A stretch of DNA of 63,010 bases from Gaiellales bacterium (GTDB taxonomy: Bacteria; Actinomycetota; Thermoleophilia; RBG-16-64-13), in contig JAAYAL010000081.1 in assembly GCA_012719395.1 (NCBI GenBank), positions 1-63,010 on the forward strand, written 5' to 3'. Below, piece after piece: positions 48,397-57,604 of the stretch. How positions within the stretch are numbered: the first letter of the stretch is position 1; each line of letters opens with the position of its first letter. The notes under the pieces are model-generated. The model saw only the letters and a program-made list of their open reading frames with translations. It made no database searches and was not told the origin of the DNA. The position numbers and the translations under genes are program-made.

Positions 48397-49014
48397 CTAC
48401 GGACTCCCGGTTCTCGCGACGCACTCCCGTAGTTGGGCGGCGGTGATGACCCAGCCAAACGCCAGGGAGATGGTCTTGAGGGATGCGGTGTGGGCCTCAG
48501 TGTTCCCGGTGGCCGCCGCGTCGGAGAGGACCACCACCCGGAAGCCCAAGGCAAAGGCCTCGCGGGCCGTGGACTCCACGCAGACGTTGGTGGCAATCCC
48601 AGCGATGACAACGGTATCGCGGCCATCCCGGCGCAATATGCTTTCCAAGTCCGTGCGGCCGAAGGAAGAGTAGGTGAGCTTATCGATGAGCACATCGTGA
48701 GGCGCCGGCTGAAGCTCATCTACTATCTCGAAGTCCCGGGTGCCCCGGCAGAGCCGGGGGGTACCGTCGTCAAGGAAGTGGCCGGGGAAGAGCTCGGGAT
48801 AGGCCCCGCAGGCCATTCCCTCGTGGCTCATGCGGGTCCAGACGATCTCCATACCCTGTGCGCGGCAGAATTCCGCGGTAGAGCGCACAACGGGGACGAT
48901 CGCTCGTGCCTGGGGCACGAACATCACGCCGTCTGCCTCCAGAAAGGCCTTCTGCATGTCCACGATCACCAGAGACGATTGCGTGGGGTCGATGTGGGGT
49001 GGCTCCCGCTTCAT
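48397..49014 (-). CDS. isochorismatase-family cysteine hydrolase (possible nicotinamidase)
   Basis: SLVIVDMQKAF...VVIAGIATNVCVESTAREA carries the D/K/C catalytic triad pattern. Start ATG at 49014 overlaps the upstream stop by 4 nt. Confidence 0.7.
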   Translation of the reverse strand: MKREPPHIDPTQSSLVIVDMQKAFLEADGVMFVPQARAIVPVVRSTAEFCRAQGMEIVWTRMSHEGMACGAYPELFPGHFLDDGTPRLCRGTRDFEIVDELQPAPHDVLIDKLTYSSFGRTDLESILRRDGRDTVVIAGIATNVCVESTAREAFALGFRVVVLSDAAATGNTEAHTASLKTISLAFGWVITAAQLRECVARTGSP

Positions 49015-49604
49015 GCCTGTTCCCTGAGGCGTTGAGGAACGTTCCACTCCTCCAGTAGGCGGGCGCAGGCGGGTGGGACAAGGTGATGCCATGGCCGCCC
49101 GCCGGCCATCAGCCGGCGCACATGGGTGGCGTTCAGGCCCTTCCGCTCCGTGGGCCGCTCCCACAGCACCTCGGTGCGAAGGCCGAGTTCTTGGAACAGT
49201 TGCAGCTTGCGGTGCCCCCATTCATCGTAAACAGTGAGGAAGAACACGGCGTCCAAGGGGACGTAGTAACGGCAGAGCTCGGGGAGATTGATGGGGAAGG
49301 GGACTGTGATGAACCGCTCTGCCGGCACACCGGCTTCACGCAGAACGTGCGTGATCAGAAGCGCGCGCTCGAAGTATGTCAGCGGGTTTGCACCCGGCGC
49401 GGACCGATGCGGATCCGCCGGATCGCTGCGGGTGAGCGATGGGTCCGGATTGGTGATGCCGATGACCAGGAGTCGGCAGCGTTCACTGCCTGCGAGCAAA
49501 TAGCGCAGATGGTCGTTGTGGAGCACTTGGAAGCGACCGTGTATGACCCCCATCGGCAGAAGGGAAGGAATGGGCGCTGCCGGCGTTTGCCCCATCTGAT
49601 TCAT
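49011..49604 (-). CDS. NMNAT/cytidylyltransferase-like nucleotidyltransferase (HxGH-type variant)
   Basis: GVIHGRFQVLHNDH resembles the (H/T)xGH motif of NadM-type adenylyltransferases. 197 aa. Start ATG at 49604 overlaps the upstream stop by 4 nt; the long 424-aa ORF extension is a shadow over the next gene. Confidence 0.55.
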   Translation of the reverse strand: MNQMGQTPAAPIPSLLPMGVIHGRFQVLHNDHLRYLLAGSERCRLLVIGITNPDPSLTRSDPADPHRSAPGANPLTYFERALLITHVLREAGVPAERFITVPFPINLPELCRYYVPLDAVFFLTVYDEWGHRKLQLFQELGLRTEVLWERPTERKGLNATHVRRLMAGGRPWHHLVPPACARLLEEWNVPQRLREQA

Positions 49605-50254
49605 TTGACACGGGCGCGAAGCAGTCGGTTGAGCACTGCAGCGTTCGGGTGCAGAGCTAGGTACACGAGTGCCAGCAGAGTGGCTCCCGGCCAACGGCCG
49701 GCCAGCAGCGCCGCCGTCACATTCACTGCTGAGCGCGTGCCCTTGCCGGCGCGGGTGGCCCATCCCACTTCCAGGCCCAGCGCTTCGGCCCGGGCGGCGG
49801 AGTAGCTCACGGCGTTGCTGCCCAGCAACGCCAAGCCGCCGAGCAGCCACAATGCCGTCCGTGGCCACTCGGGGCGCGCATGCATCAGATACGCCAGGCT
49901 CCCTACAACCATTGCTCCATCGGTGTACCGGTCCAGGACGGAATCCAGGTAGGCTCCTCGGGCGCTCTCCTGCTTGGTCAGTCGCGCGACCTGACCATCC
50001 ACGCCGTCCATGATCTGGGCTGTCGCGGCCAGGACGGCGCCTGCGGCCGGGTGCCCTCCTCCGTACGCTATTCCCCCGGCCGTACCCAATGCGGCGTTGG
50101 TGACTGTGGCCATCCACGGCCGGATCCAGGGTATTCGGGCAAGGCGCCGGGAGACGGGCGCCGCAAGATTCACCTTGATCCAGCGCAACACGAACCGGTC
50201 GGTCGGTTTTGTCATCCAGCTTTCGGTGGACGCTTGTCTCATCATGTCCAGCAT
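49601..50254 (-). CDS. CDP-alcohol phosphatidyltransferase family protein
   Basis: DGVDGQVARLTKQESARGAYLDSVLDRYTD matches D-G-x2-A-R-x8-G-x3-D-x3-D. Membrane protein. Confidence 0.7.
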   Translation of the reverse strand: MLDMMRQASTESWMTKPTDRFVLRWIKVNLAAPVSRRLARIPWIRPWMATVTNAALGTAGGIAYGGGHPAAGAVLAATAQIMDGVDGQVARLTKQESARGAYLDSVLDRYTDGAMVVGSLAYLMHARPEWPRTALWLLGGLALLGSNAVSYSAARAEALGLEVGWATRAGKGTRSAVNVTAALLAGRWPGATLLALVYLALHPNAAVLNRLLRARVK

Positions 50255-50373
50255 AACAGCCTATCCGGTCCGGCTTCCATCGCATCCTTCTCCCCCTTTA
50301 CGCCCGTCTTACGGAGGCGGCCCTAAGCTGAGCGTGACGTATGCGAGGGAGATCCCTCGCCGGATGGTAGTAA

Positions 50374-51543
50374 ATGAGGGGCGCCAACACGATGAGAAGA
50401 TTTGCACTCACGATGGCTCTGCTGGTCGCGGCCGTATGTGCCTGTCTGGCGGCAGGGTGCGGAGCCACTGCGGCCGTGGCGGGAATGGGCATCGCCATGG
50501 GCGGCACGGCCTCCGTCTCGGCTTCGGCTACACCCACAAGTGCAGTCTGGGACGCGTCGGCGGAGAACCTGGCGGACGGCTGTTCTCTCAGCATCTCGGA
50601 AGACAGCCTCACCATTGAGACCGATGGGTTGGGCGCCGTTCTGGCCGTCAACGGCGGGGAGGCGACGCTGAGCAACGCGGACATCGTCACCACCGGAGTC
50701 GCCTCTATACCCTTGGCGGTTGACAGGGGCGGTGCCGGGATTACCGCCACCGACTGTCGCGTTGTCAGCTCGGGAGGTGAGTCGCCCTGCCTCTACTCCA
50801 CGGGGGACATGGTGATCCAAGGGGGCGTTTACGAAGCCATGGTGTCTGAAGCGGCCGTGGTGGAGGGCGATGGCTCCCTCATGGTGGCGGAGGCCGCGCT
50901 CTCTTCGAAGTCCAACGACGGAGCAGTGCTGCTGTTTTCCACCGCAACAGACGGGACTACCACGGCCCTGGGCAGCTTCACCATGGAGGGGGGCGCGCTC
51001 GTCTACGCGGACCGACATGGTTCGCTCTTCACCGTCAGCAACTGCACATGCGTCATCTCGCTGTCCAAGGTGGACATGGCGGCGCTATCCGGGCAGCTGC
51101 TGACGGCGGCCGCGGGTGAATGGGGCGCTCCCGGTTCAAACGGTGGCCACGCGGTGCTGCATGCCGACAACCAGCAGCTTGCCGGCGTGCTGAGCGCTGA
51201 CGCTCTCAGCACGCTCGACATGTCCCTGCAAAACGGCTCGTCCCTCAGCGGCTCCATCAACCCGACGGGCATGGCGGCTGAGGCCCACCTGACACTGGAT
51301 GCCTCCAGCACCTGGAAGGTCAGCGAGGACAGCCATCTGACCAGCCTCACGCTCATAGACGTGGAGCCGGGTGACACCATCGCCAACATCATCGGATGCG
51401 GCCACATCGTCACGTATGACCCCGACTGCCCCGCGAGCTCAGCTCTCGGCGGCCGGACCTACAGCCTGAACGGCGGGGGCTGTCTCGTGCCTGCCGTCCA
51501 ACAAGAGCCAACCACTCCTATCTCGCGCGAAGAGGATCGATAA
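50374..51543 (+). CDS. hypothetical lipoprotein with beta-helix-like repeats (paralog of the next gene)
   Basis: Lipobox CLAAGCG, then a Gly/Ser/Thr/Asp-rich repetitive sequence (..TGGTITV.., DDGINV-type degenerate turns). Confidence 0.45.
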   Translation: MRGANTMRRFALTMALLVAAVCACLAAGCGATAAVAGMGIAMGGTASVSASATPTSAVWDASAENLADGCSLSISEDSLTIETDGLGAVLAVNGGEATLSNADIVTTGVASIPLAVDRGGAGITATDCRVVSSGGESPCLYSTGDMVIQGGVYEAMVSEAAVVEGDGSLMVAEAALSSKSNDGAVLLFSTATDGTTTALGSFTMEGGALVYADRHGSLFTVSNCTCVISLSKVDMAALSGQLLTAAAGEWGAPGSNGGHAVLHADNQQLAGVLSADALSTLDMSLQNGSSLSGSINPTGMAAEAHLTLDASSTWKVSEDSHLTSLTLIDVEPGDTIANIIGCGHIVTYDPDCPASSALGGRTYSLNGGGCLVPAVQQEPTTPISREEDR

Positions 51544-53495
51544 TGAAGAAGGTATTGGCACTACTCATGGCGCTATTGCTTGCACTGAGCGTGGCGGCGT
51601 GTGGCGAAGGGACCTCGGACATCACTACCAGTGCATCAACTGCCACCACGGCGACGGCGGAGACGCCGACCACCGGCGGGACTGGAACAGCAGGGGAAGC
51701 CGGCAACCTGGAGCAGACGGTGGATGCCGCGGCGGGTGCGCTCCGCGCCACCTACAATAGCGAAGACCTCGACGCCTCCTGGGATGTGTCCAGTGCTACC
51801 CGCATCACCCTGTCGGGAGACTCCATCAGCTGCGACGGCCTGGGGGCCGTCGTGGAGGGCAGCACGGTCACAGTTGTGGCCGGAGGTACATACATCCTGA
51901 GTGGCGCGCTGACGGACGGTCAGATAGTGGTCAACTCGGCCGACCAGGAGACGGTGAAGCTGGTTCTGGACGGCGTGGAAATCGCTTGCGCCGACAGCGC
52001 TCCCGTCTACGTGATGGCCGCCGACAAGGTCATTGTCACCTTGGCCGACGGTACCCAGAATGCCCTGAGCGACGGGGCAACCTACCTTGTGGAGGGGGAA
52101 GCAGCCGGCGAAGTGGATGCCGCCCTCTTCAGCAAAGGAGATCTCACCATCAACGGCGGCGGCGCGCTGGTGGTGACGGCCAACTACAACGACGGCATCT
52201 CGAGCAAGGACAACCTGAAGATCACCGGCGGGACCATCACGGTGGATGCCGTCAACGATGCCCTCAAGGGGAGAGACTGCATCGGGATCAAGGACGGCAT
52301 TGTCACACTCACCGCCGGTGGTGACGGCATGCAGTCCAATAACGATGAAGACCAACAGCGCGGCTACGTCTCGCTGGACGGGGGTGTGATCGAGATCACG
52401 GCCGGAACCGACGGCATCCAGGCCGAGACCGGGCTCTTGATCGCAGGTGGCACAATCGACGTGCAGTCGGGCGGTGGAAGCGCCAACAGCAGCAGCAACT
52501 CCGGCACGGCCGGCAACACCTGGGGCGCCTGGGGCGCGGGAGAGGCCTCGCAGGGCGGGCAGGCCGCGGCGACCGGCACCACCGCCAGCGCCAAAGGGCT
52601 GAAGGCCGGCACGGCCTTGGCCATCGTCGGCGGCACCATCTCGCTCGATTGCTCCGACGACGCCATCCACAGCAACGGTAGTGTCGCCATCAGCGGCGGG
52701 GCCATCACTCTTGCCTCAGGCGACGACGGCGTGCACGCCGATGCCTCCCTGGAGATGGGCGGTGGCGAGCTGAACGTGACCACCTCCTACGAAGGCTTGG
52801 AGAGCGCTCAGATCACCGTCAACGAAGGCACCCTTCATGTGCAGTCCAGTGATGACGGCATCAATGTGGCCGGCGGTGCCGACGGGTCTGCCGTGGATGG
52901 CCGGCCGGGCCAAAACACCTTCACCGTGTCCGGAGACGGCTATCTCTCCATCAACGGAGGTTACATCACCGTGGATGCCGGCGGAGACGGCTTGGACATC
53001 AACGGGGCCATCCTGATGACCGATGGCACCGTCTTGATCAACGGCCCCACCGATGACGGCAACGGCTCCATTGACTACCTGGGCGAATGCACCATCTCCG
53101 GAGGTTTCCTGGTGGCCGTGGGGAGTGCGGGCATGGCGATGGCGCCAAGTGCCTCATCCACTCAGCATGCCCTGCTGGTCAACTTGCCCTCCGTGCAGGC
53201 GGCAATTACGCTGGTGCACGTGGAGGCGGAGGACGGAAGCGGGGTCCTGACCTTCGCTCCCGCCAAGCAGTATCAATCGGTGCTGCTGTGCTCGCCCGAT
53301 CTGCAGGAAGGAACCACCTACACCGTGTACCTGGGCGGGAGTTCCAGTGGCTCGGTCACCGACGGCCTCTACACAGGCGGAGCCTACGGTGGTGGTGTGG
53401 AGAGCACCTCGTTGGCGCTCTCCGGGATGATCACCACCTCCGGGGCGGCCGGCCGGGGCGCTGTCGGCGGAGCGGGCAGGCCCGGGCGACCGTAG
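51543..53495 (+). CDS. carbohydrate-binding beta-helix lipoprotein, Cthe_2159-like
   Basis: Lipobox LALSVAACGEG. Recurring turn motifs (DDAIHSNGSV, DDGVHADAS, DDGINVAGG, GDGLDINGA) and the overall repeat architecture resemble the Cthe_2159 family (this call is from memory of the family, not a search). ATG at 51543 abuts the previous stop. Confidence 0.5.
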   Translation: MKKVLALLMALLLALSVAACGEGTSDITTSASTATTATAETPTTGGTGTAGEAGNLEQTVDAAAGALRATYNSEDLDASWDVSSATRITLSGDSISCDGLGAVVEGSTVTVVAGGTYILSGALTDGQIVVNSADQETVKLVLDGVEIACADSAPVYVMAADKVIVTLADGTQNALSDGATYLVEGEAAGEVDAALFSKGDLTINGGGALVVTANYNDGISSKDNLKITGGTITVDAVNDALKGRDCIGIKDGIVTLTAGGDGMQSNNDEDQQRGYVSLDGGVIEITAGTDGIQAETGLLIAGGTIDVQSGGGSANSSSNSGTAGNTWGAWGAGEASQGGQAAATGTTASAKGLKAGTALAIVGGTISLDCSDDAIHSNGSVAISGGAITLASGDDGVHADASLEMGGGELNVTTSYEGLESAQITVNEGTLHVQSSDDGINVAGGADGSAVDGRPGQNTFTVSGDGYLSINGGYITVDAGGDGLDINGAILMTDGTVLINGPTDDGNGSIDYLGECTISGGFLVAVGSAGMAMAPSASSTQHALLVNLPSVQAAITLVHVEAEDGSGVLTFAPAKQYQSVLLCSPDLQEGTTYTVYLGGSSSGSVTDGLYTGGAYGGGVESTSLALSGMITTSGAAGRGAVGGAGRPGRP

Positions 53496-53565
53496 GCGCC
53501 CCCTCCACCCGTGCCGCGCGCCGAGGCCGGCCTCGTTCGGCGGCGGGGGCTCTGCCGGCCGGGTA

Positions 53566-53595
53566 TTGACGCTGCTCCGTAGTCGGCCGTAGAAT
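53566..53595 (+). promoter_or_regulatory. sigma-70-like promoter TTGACG-N18-TAGAAT
   Basis: Near-consensus -35 and -10 hexamers in the 200-bp gap ahead of the CoA-transferase genes. Predicted TSS around 53602. Confidence 0.4.
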
Positions 53596-53654
53596 ACCCG
53601 CGCTGCAGTGCTAGCCGGAGCCGAGCAATCTACTGCTCTGCTCAAAGACTTGAA

Positions 53655-53698
53655 CCCCCAGCGGCCGGCCCCGCCCTTTCGCTGGGGGTTTTCTGTTT
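53655..53698 (+). terminator. intrinsic terminator (9-bp GC stem + TTTTCTGTTT) about 55 nt downstream of the predicted TSS and 15 nt upstream of the CoA-transferase start
   Basis: CCCCCAGCG-16 nt loop-CGCTGGGGG followed by a U-tract. Together with the promoter this defines a roughly 95-nt leader or small RNA. Confidence 0.6.
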
Positions 53699-53713
53699 GT
53701 GGAGCACTGGAAG

Positions 53714-54733
53714 ATGGATAACGCGGACATTGGATCACAGCCAGGTGCCGCTGCCTGCGGCCGGCGCGATGGGGTTTGCCACAAGCTTCTCACCTCCCGG
53801 CAGGCCGTAGAGCGCTACGTGAAGCCCGGCTGCACCTTGGCCGTGGGCGGCTTCACCATCAACCGTAACCCCATGGCCTTGGTGCACGAGATCGTACGCC
53901 AGCGTATCTCCGACCTGCACTTGGTGGCGCACTCCAACGGCCAAGCCCTGGATGTGCTGGTGGGCGGCGGCTGCGTGAGCTGCGTGGAGGTGGCCTATGC
54001 GGGCAACGGGCGCTTCGCCCCCAGCTGCATCCGCTTCCGTCGGGCGGTGGAGCGGGGCGAGCTGGCGGTGGAGGACTACTCCAACTACCAGATGAGCCTG
54101 CGCTTTCTGGCCGGGGCGCTCAACGTGCCCTTCGTGCCTACCAAGTCCGGTCTGGGCACCGACCTGGTGGCCAAGCAGGGCTTCTCCGCCGAGCTGCGCC
54201 GCCGCCGCCGCCTACCCCGGCAGAAGGTGATTGTCAGCTCCGACCCCTTCCACCACGGTGCCAACGACGTAGTGCTGCTGCCCGCCCTCAACCCGGACGT
54301 GACCTTGATCCACGCCCAGTACGTGGGCGACGACGGCACGGTGCGCATCAAGGGCCTCACTTTCGCCGATCTGGAGGAGGTGAAGGCGGCGAGCGCCGTG
54401 GTGGTGAGCTGCGAGCAGATCGTGCCCCGTCGGTGGCTGCGGCAGGACCCCGACCAGAACAGCCTGCCCGGCTTCATGGTGGATGCCTACGTGTTGGCCC
54501 CTTGGGGCGCCCACCCCACCGCCTGCCACTACTTCTACGACTACGATCCTGCCCACCTCAAGTACTACGCCCAAGCGGCCAAGGACGAGGAGAGGTGGGC
54601 CGCTTACCTTGCGGAGTGGGTGTACGGGCTCGATGGCCACGAGGCGTACGTGGACAAGGTGGGTGGCACCGCCCTCATGCGCATCGCCGCTGATCGGGCG
54701 CGGGGCTTTGCCCCGGGCCTGGACCGGAGGTAA
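53714..54733 (+). CDS. CoA-transferase subunit A (glutaconate CoA-transferase family)
   Basis: ...GCTLAVGGFTINRNPMALVHEI... and overall similarity to GctA-type family I CoA-transferase alpha subunits. RBS GGAG at 53701-53704. Confidence 0.75.
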   Translation: MDNADIGSQPGAAACGRRDGVCHKLLTSRQAVERYVKPGCTLAVGGFTINRNPMALVHEIVRQRISDLHLVAHSNGQALDVLVGGGCVSCVEVAYAGNGRFAPSCIRFRRAVERGELAVEDYSNYQMSLRFLAGALNVPFVPTKSGLGTDLVAKQGFSAELRRRRRLPRQKVIVSSDPFHHGANDVVLLPALNPDVTLIHAQYVGDDGTVRIKGLTFADLEEVKAASAVVVSCEQIVPRRWLRQDPDQNSLPGFMVDAYVLAPWGAHPTACHYFYDYDPAHLKYYAQAAKDEERWAAYLAEWVYGLDGHEAYVDKVGGTALMRIAADRARGFAPGLDRR

Positions 54734-54738
54734 GGGGG

Positions 54739-55515
54739 ATGGCGTTCTCCACCCTCCCTCCCTATTCCGCCCGGGAGATGATGGCCATCGCCGCCGGCCG
54801 GCTCATCAGCAACGGCGACATCCTCTTCGCCGGCACGGGCGTGGCCATGCTGGCCGCCTGCGTAGCCAAGCATATCCACGCCCCCCGCTCTGTGGTTCTC
54901 GTCGAAACGGGCGGCATCGATCCCACCTTGACCGAGCTGCCTCTGGCCGTGGCCGATCCCCGGGTCATGGACGAAGCCGCCCTCAACAGCGGCCTCATCG
55001 ATTCCTTCTCCATCATCGGGCACCGCAAGCTTCACACCGTGGCCTTCCTGGGTGCAGCCCAGATCGACCGCTACGGTAACCTGAACTCCACCTGCCTGGG
55101 CGACTACCACCGGCCTCGGGTCCGCTTCAGCGGCTCGGGTGGGGCCTGCGACGCCGGCTCGCTGGCCGGCAGCTTCATCGTCTTCATACATCACGGGCGC
55201 AACAAGTTCGTGGAGAGGCTGGACTACCTGACCACACCTGGCTGGCTTGAGGGCGGGGACTCCCGTACGGCGGCCGGCTTCCCGCGAGGCGGGCCCCTGG
55301 CCGTGGTCAGCGATTTGGGGGTGCTGAAGTTCGCCGAACCGGGCAAGGAGATGTATCTGGCCGAGTACTACCCGGGGGTCACGCCCCAACAGGTGGCCGA
55401 GCATACCGGCTTCGCCCTGGATGTCTCCCGGGCCCGGGAAGCCGCACCGCCCGGCGCCGACGAGTTGCGTATCTTGAGGGAGGAGATCGATCCGCAGCGG
55501 CTGATACTGGGCTGA
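54739..55515 (+). CDS. CoA-transferase subunit B
   Basis: ...DILFAGTGVAMLAA...LVETGGIDP... resembles the GctB-type beta subunit. Lies 5 nt after subunit A. Confidence 0.75.
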   Translation: MAFSTLPPYSAREMMAIAAGRLISNGDILFAGTGVAMLAACVAKHIHAPRSVVLVETGGIDPTLTELPLAVADPRVMDEAALNSGLIDSFSIIGHRKLHTVAFLGAAQIDRYGNLNSTCLGDYHRPRVRFSGSGGACDAGSLAGSFIVFIHHGRNKFVERLDYLTTPGWLEGGDSRTAAGFPRGGPLAVVSDLGVLKFAEPGKEMYLAEYYPGVTPQQVAEHTGFALDVSRAREAAPPGADELRILREEIDPQRLILG

Positions 55516-55607
55516 GCGCCTGCTGCAGTCAGACGAGTGATGCTCTGTTCGACCGCGCCGGACGTGGCAAACTAGCAGTAGTCGCAGAATCGGACAGCGA
55601 GCGGGGA

Positions 55608-57047
55608 ATGAGCCAACCGAAGAACGTGGGCATACTCGTGGGGGGTGGGCCGGCCCCCGGCATCAACAGCGTCATCAGTGCCGCAACCATACGCTGCCTG
55701 CTGGACGGCGTGGATGTCATCGGTATCCGCGACGGATTTGAGTGGATCATGCAGGGAGACATCGAACATGTCGTCCCCCTGGCCATCGAAGCGGTCAGCC
55801 GAATCCACTTTCGGGGTGGCTCCTATATCGGCATATCCCGGAGCAACCCCACCACCAACCCGACGGCGCTGGAGAACACGGTCACCTCTCTCCTGCGGCT
55901 CAACGTGTCGCAGCTCATCACTATTGGCGGCGACGACACGGCCTTTTCCGCCATGAGGCTGGAAGAGCGGGCCGGGGGGCGCCTCCGGGTGGTGCACGTC
56001 CCCAAGACCATCGACAACGATTTGGACCTTCCGCCCTATATCGATACCTTCGGGTATCAGACAGCGCGGCACTACGGCGTAGAGATCGTACGCAATCTCA
56101 TGGTGGATGCCGATACCACGTCACGCTGGTATTTCGTCATTGCCATGGGCCGCAAGGCAGGCCACCTGGCCTTGGGCATAGGGAAGGCGGCGGGTGCCAC
56201 ACTGTCGCTCATCCCGGAGGAATTCACCGGCAAGCCCATCCGCCTCAAGGAGGTGGTGGACACCCTGGTGGGTGCCATCATCAAGCGCCTCAGCTACGGT
56301 CGGCGGGATGGAGTGGCCATCATTGCCGAGGGTCTGGTGCTGGGCATAGACCCCAATGACCTGACTGCTCTGGACGCCGTGGAATGCGATGCTCACGGCA
56401 ATATCCGCATCGCTGAGGTCAACATTGGCGAGATACTGAAGGCCGCGGTGGCCAAGAGACTGGGCGAGTTCGGTCTGAGGACCACTATCGTGGCCAAGAA
56501 CATCGGCTATGAGTTGCGTTGTGCCGACCCGATACCTCTGGACATGGAGTACACGCGGGACCTGGGTTACTCCGCCGCCAAGTACCTTCTCTCCGGGGGG
56601 AACGCCGCCATGATCTCCATGCAGGGTGGCCATTTCGTGCCCATCCCCTTCCATGATCTCCTGGACGCAGAGACGGGCCGCGCGCGCGTGCGTCTGGTGG
56701 ATGTACATTCCACCCGCTATGGGATCGCCCGCCGCTATATGATCCGTCTGCGTCGGGACGACTTCGAGGATCCCTACGAGCTGGCCAAGCTGGCGGCCAC
56801 CGCCGGCCAGTCGCTGGACCGCTTTCGCAGTGAGTTCGAGTACCTGATTGGGGGCGAGCCGGGGCGGCTGGTGGTGGAAGCAGGGGAGGACGGTTTCGTG
56901 GAGCAACCGGCGAGCGGCCCTCCGCCCCGTGGGCAACGCCGTCCCAGCGGGCGCCGTGCGGCGCGGGTACGAGTGCGGCGCAGTGGCACGGCCACGCGTG
57001 GTAAGGGCCGGCTTGGGAGAGCCGCTGCCTCACGCCATCCGGCGTAA
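55608..57047 (+). CDS. pfp: pyrophosphate-dependent 6-phosphofructokinase (PPi-PFK-type signature)
   Basis: GILVGGGPAPGINSVI, GGDDT (Asp at the ATP-PFK Gly104 position) and PKTIDNDL (Lys at the Gly124 position) are the residues used to distinguish PPi- from ATP-dependent PFKs. Unusual roughly 60-aa Arg-rich C-terminal tail. Confidence 0.8.
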   Translation: MSQPKNVGILVGGGPAPGINSVISAATIRCLLDGVDVIGIRDGFEWIMQGDIEHVVPLAIEAVSRIHFRGGSYIGISRSNPTTNPTALENTVTSLLRLNVSQLITIGGDDTAFSAMRLEERAGGRLRVVHVPKTIDNDLDLPPYIDTFGYQTARHYGVEIVRNLMVDADTTSRWYFVIAMGRKAGHLALGIGKAAGATLSLIPEEFTGKPIRLKEVVDTLVGAIIKRLSYGRRDGVAIIAEGLVLGIDPNDLTALDAVECDAHGNIRIAEVNIGEILKAAVAKRLGEFGLRTTIVAKNIGYELRCADPIPLDMEYTRDLGYSAAKYLLSGGNAAMISMQGGHFVPIPFHDLLDAETGRARVRLVDVHSTRYGIARRYMIRLRRDDFEDPYELAKLAATAGQSLDRFRSEFEYLIGGEPGRLVVEAGEDGFVEQPASGPPPRGQRRPSGRRAARVRVRRSGTATRGKGRLGRAAASRHPA

Positions 57048-57425
57048 GGCCCCATGCTTGTTCTCCACACGCACGGCCTGCATGAGCAGGGCCATGGCGT
57101 CGTCCTCGCAGCCCATGTCCAGGGAAGCTTTGGCGGCCTGCTCCACGCAGCGGGCCGCCATGGCGAAGTCGTCGTGATGCTCGAAGGCGGTCTCCGCCGA
57201 GAAGAGTAGCGAGAACGTGGGAGCGGATTCCAGCAATTCCCAGTACCGACGGGCAATGGCCAGGGCGCACAGAGCCCAATCCCGGTCCCGCTCGCGGCGC
57301 CGTGCCTCCAAGGCATCGCGCACGACGTCCAGCCACGCCCTGAGTGCGGCCGGCGAATCATCGGCCCGATGAGCGGCGATCACCAGCTTCAGCTCACTGT
57401 TCGACAGCGAACGGAGGTCAACCAT
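57030..57425 (-). CDS. hypothetical helical protein
   Basis: 132-aa ORF (MVDLRSLSNSELKL...) with a GGAGG RBS. Converges on and overlaps the pfp tail by 18 nt. No family recognised. Confidence 0.35.
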   Translation of the reverse strand: MVDLRSLSNSELKLVIAAHRADDSPAALRAWLDVVRDALEARRRERDRDWALCALAIARRYWELLESAPTFSLLFSAETAFEHHDDFAMAARCVEQAAKASLDMGCEDDAMALLMQAVRVENKHGALRRMA

Positions 57426-57604
57426 CCGAGGCCACACTTCAGATTTCAACGTCTCCTCCTGCCTGTCTCGGTTGGAGAGAAGCCATCGGACGTGTGCGGC
57501 GCTTCGGCTGCACATCTCTGTTGTGACAGTACTCTGCGAGTTTGAAACCTCGAGAGCGTGGTGAGGTTTGCCGGCATGGCCTGGAAGGCGGCAGCGGCAG
57601 GTTG

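Noticed and set aside
49605-50285. N-terminal extension of the 424-aa minus ORF containing the NMNAT-like gene
   Set aside because: It overlaps the CDP-alcohol phosphatidyltransferase gene in another frame. The internal ATG at 49604 gives a 197-aa protein that begins just before the HxGH-like motif and forms an ATGA junction with the upstream gene.
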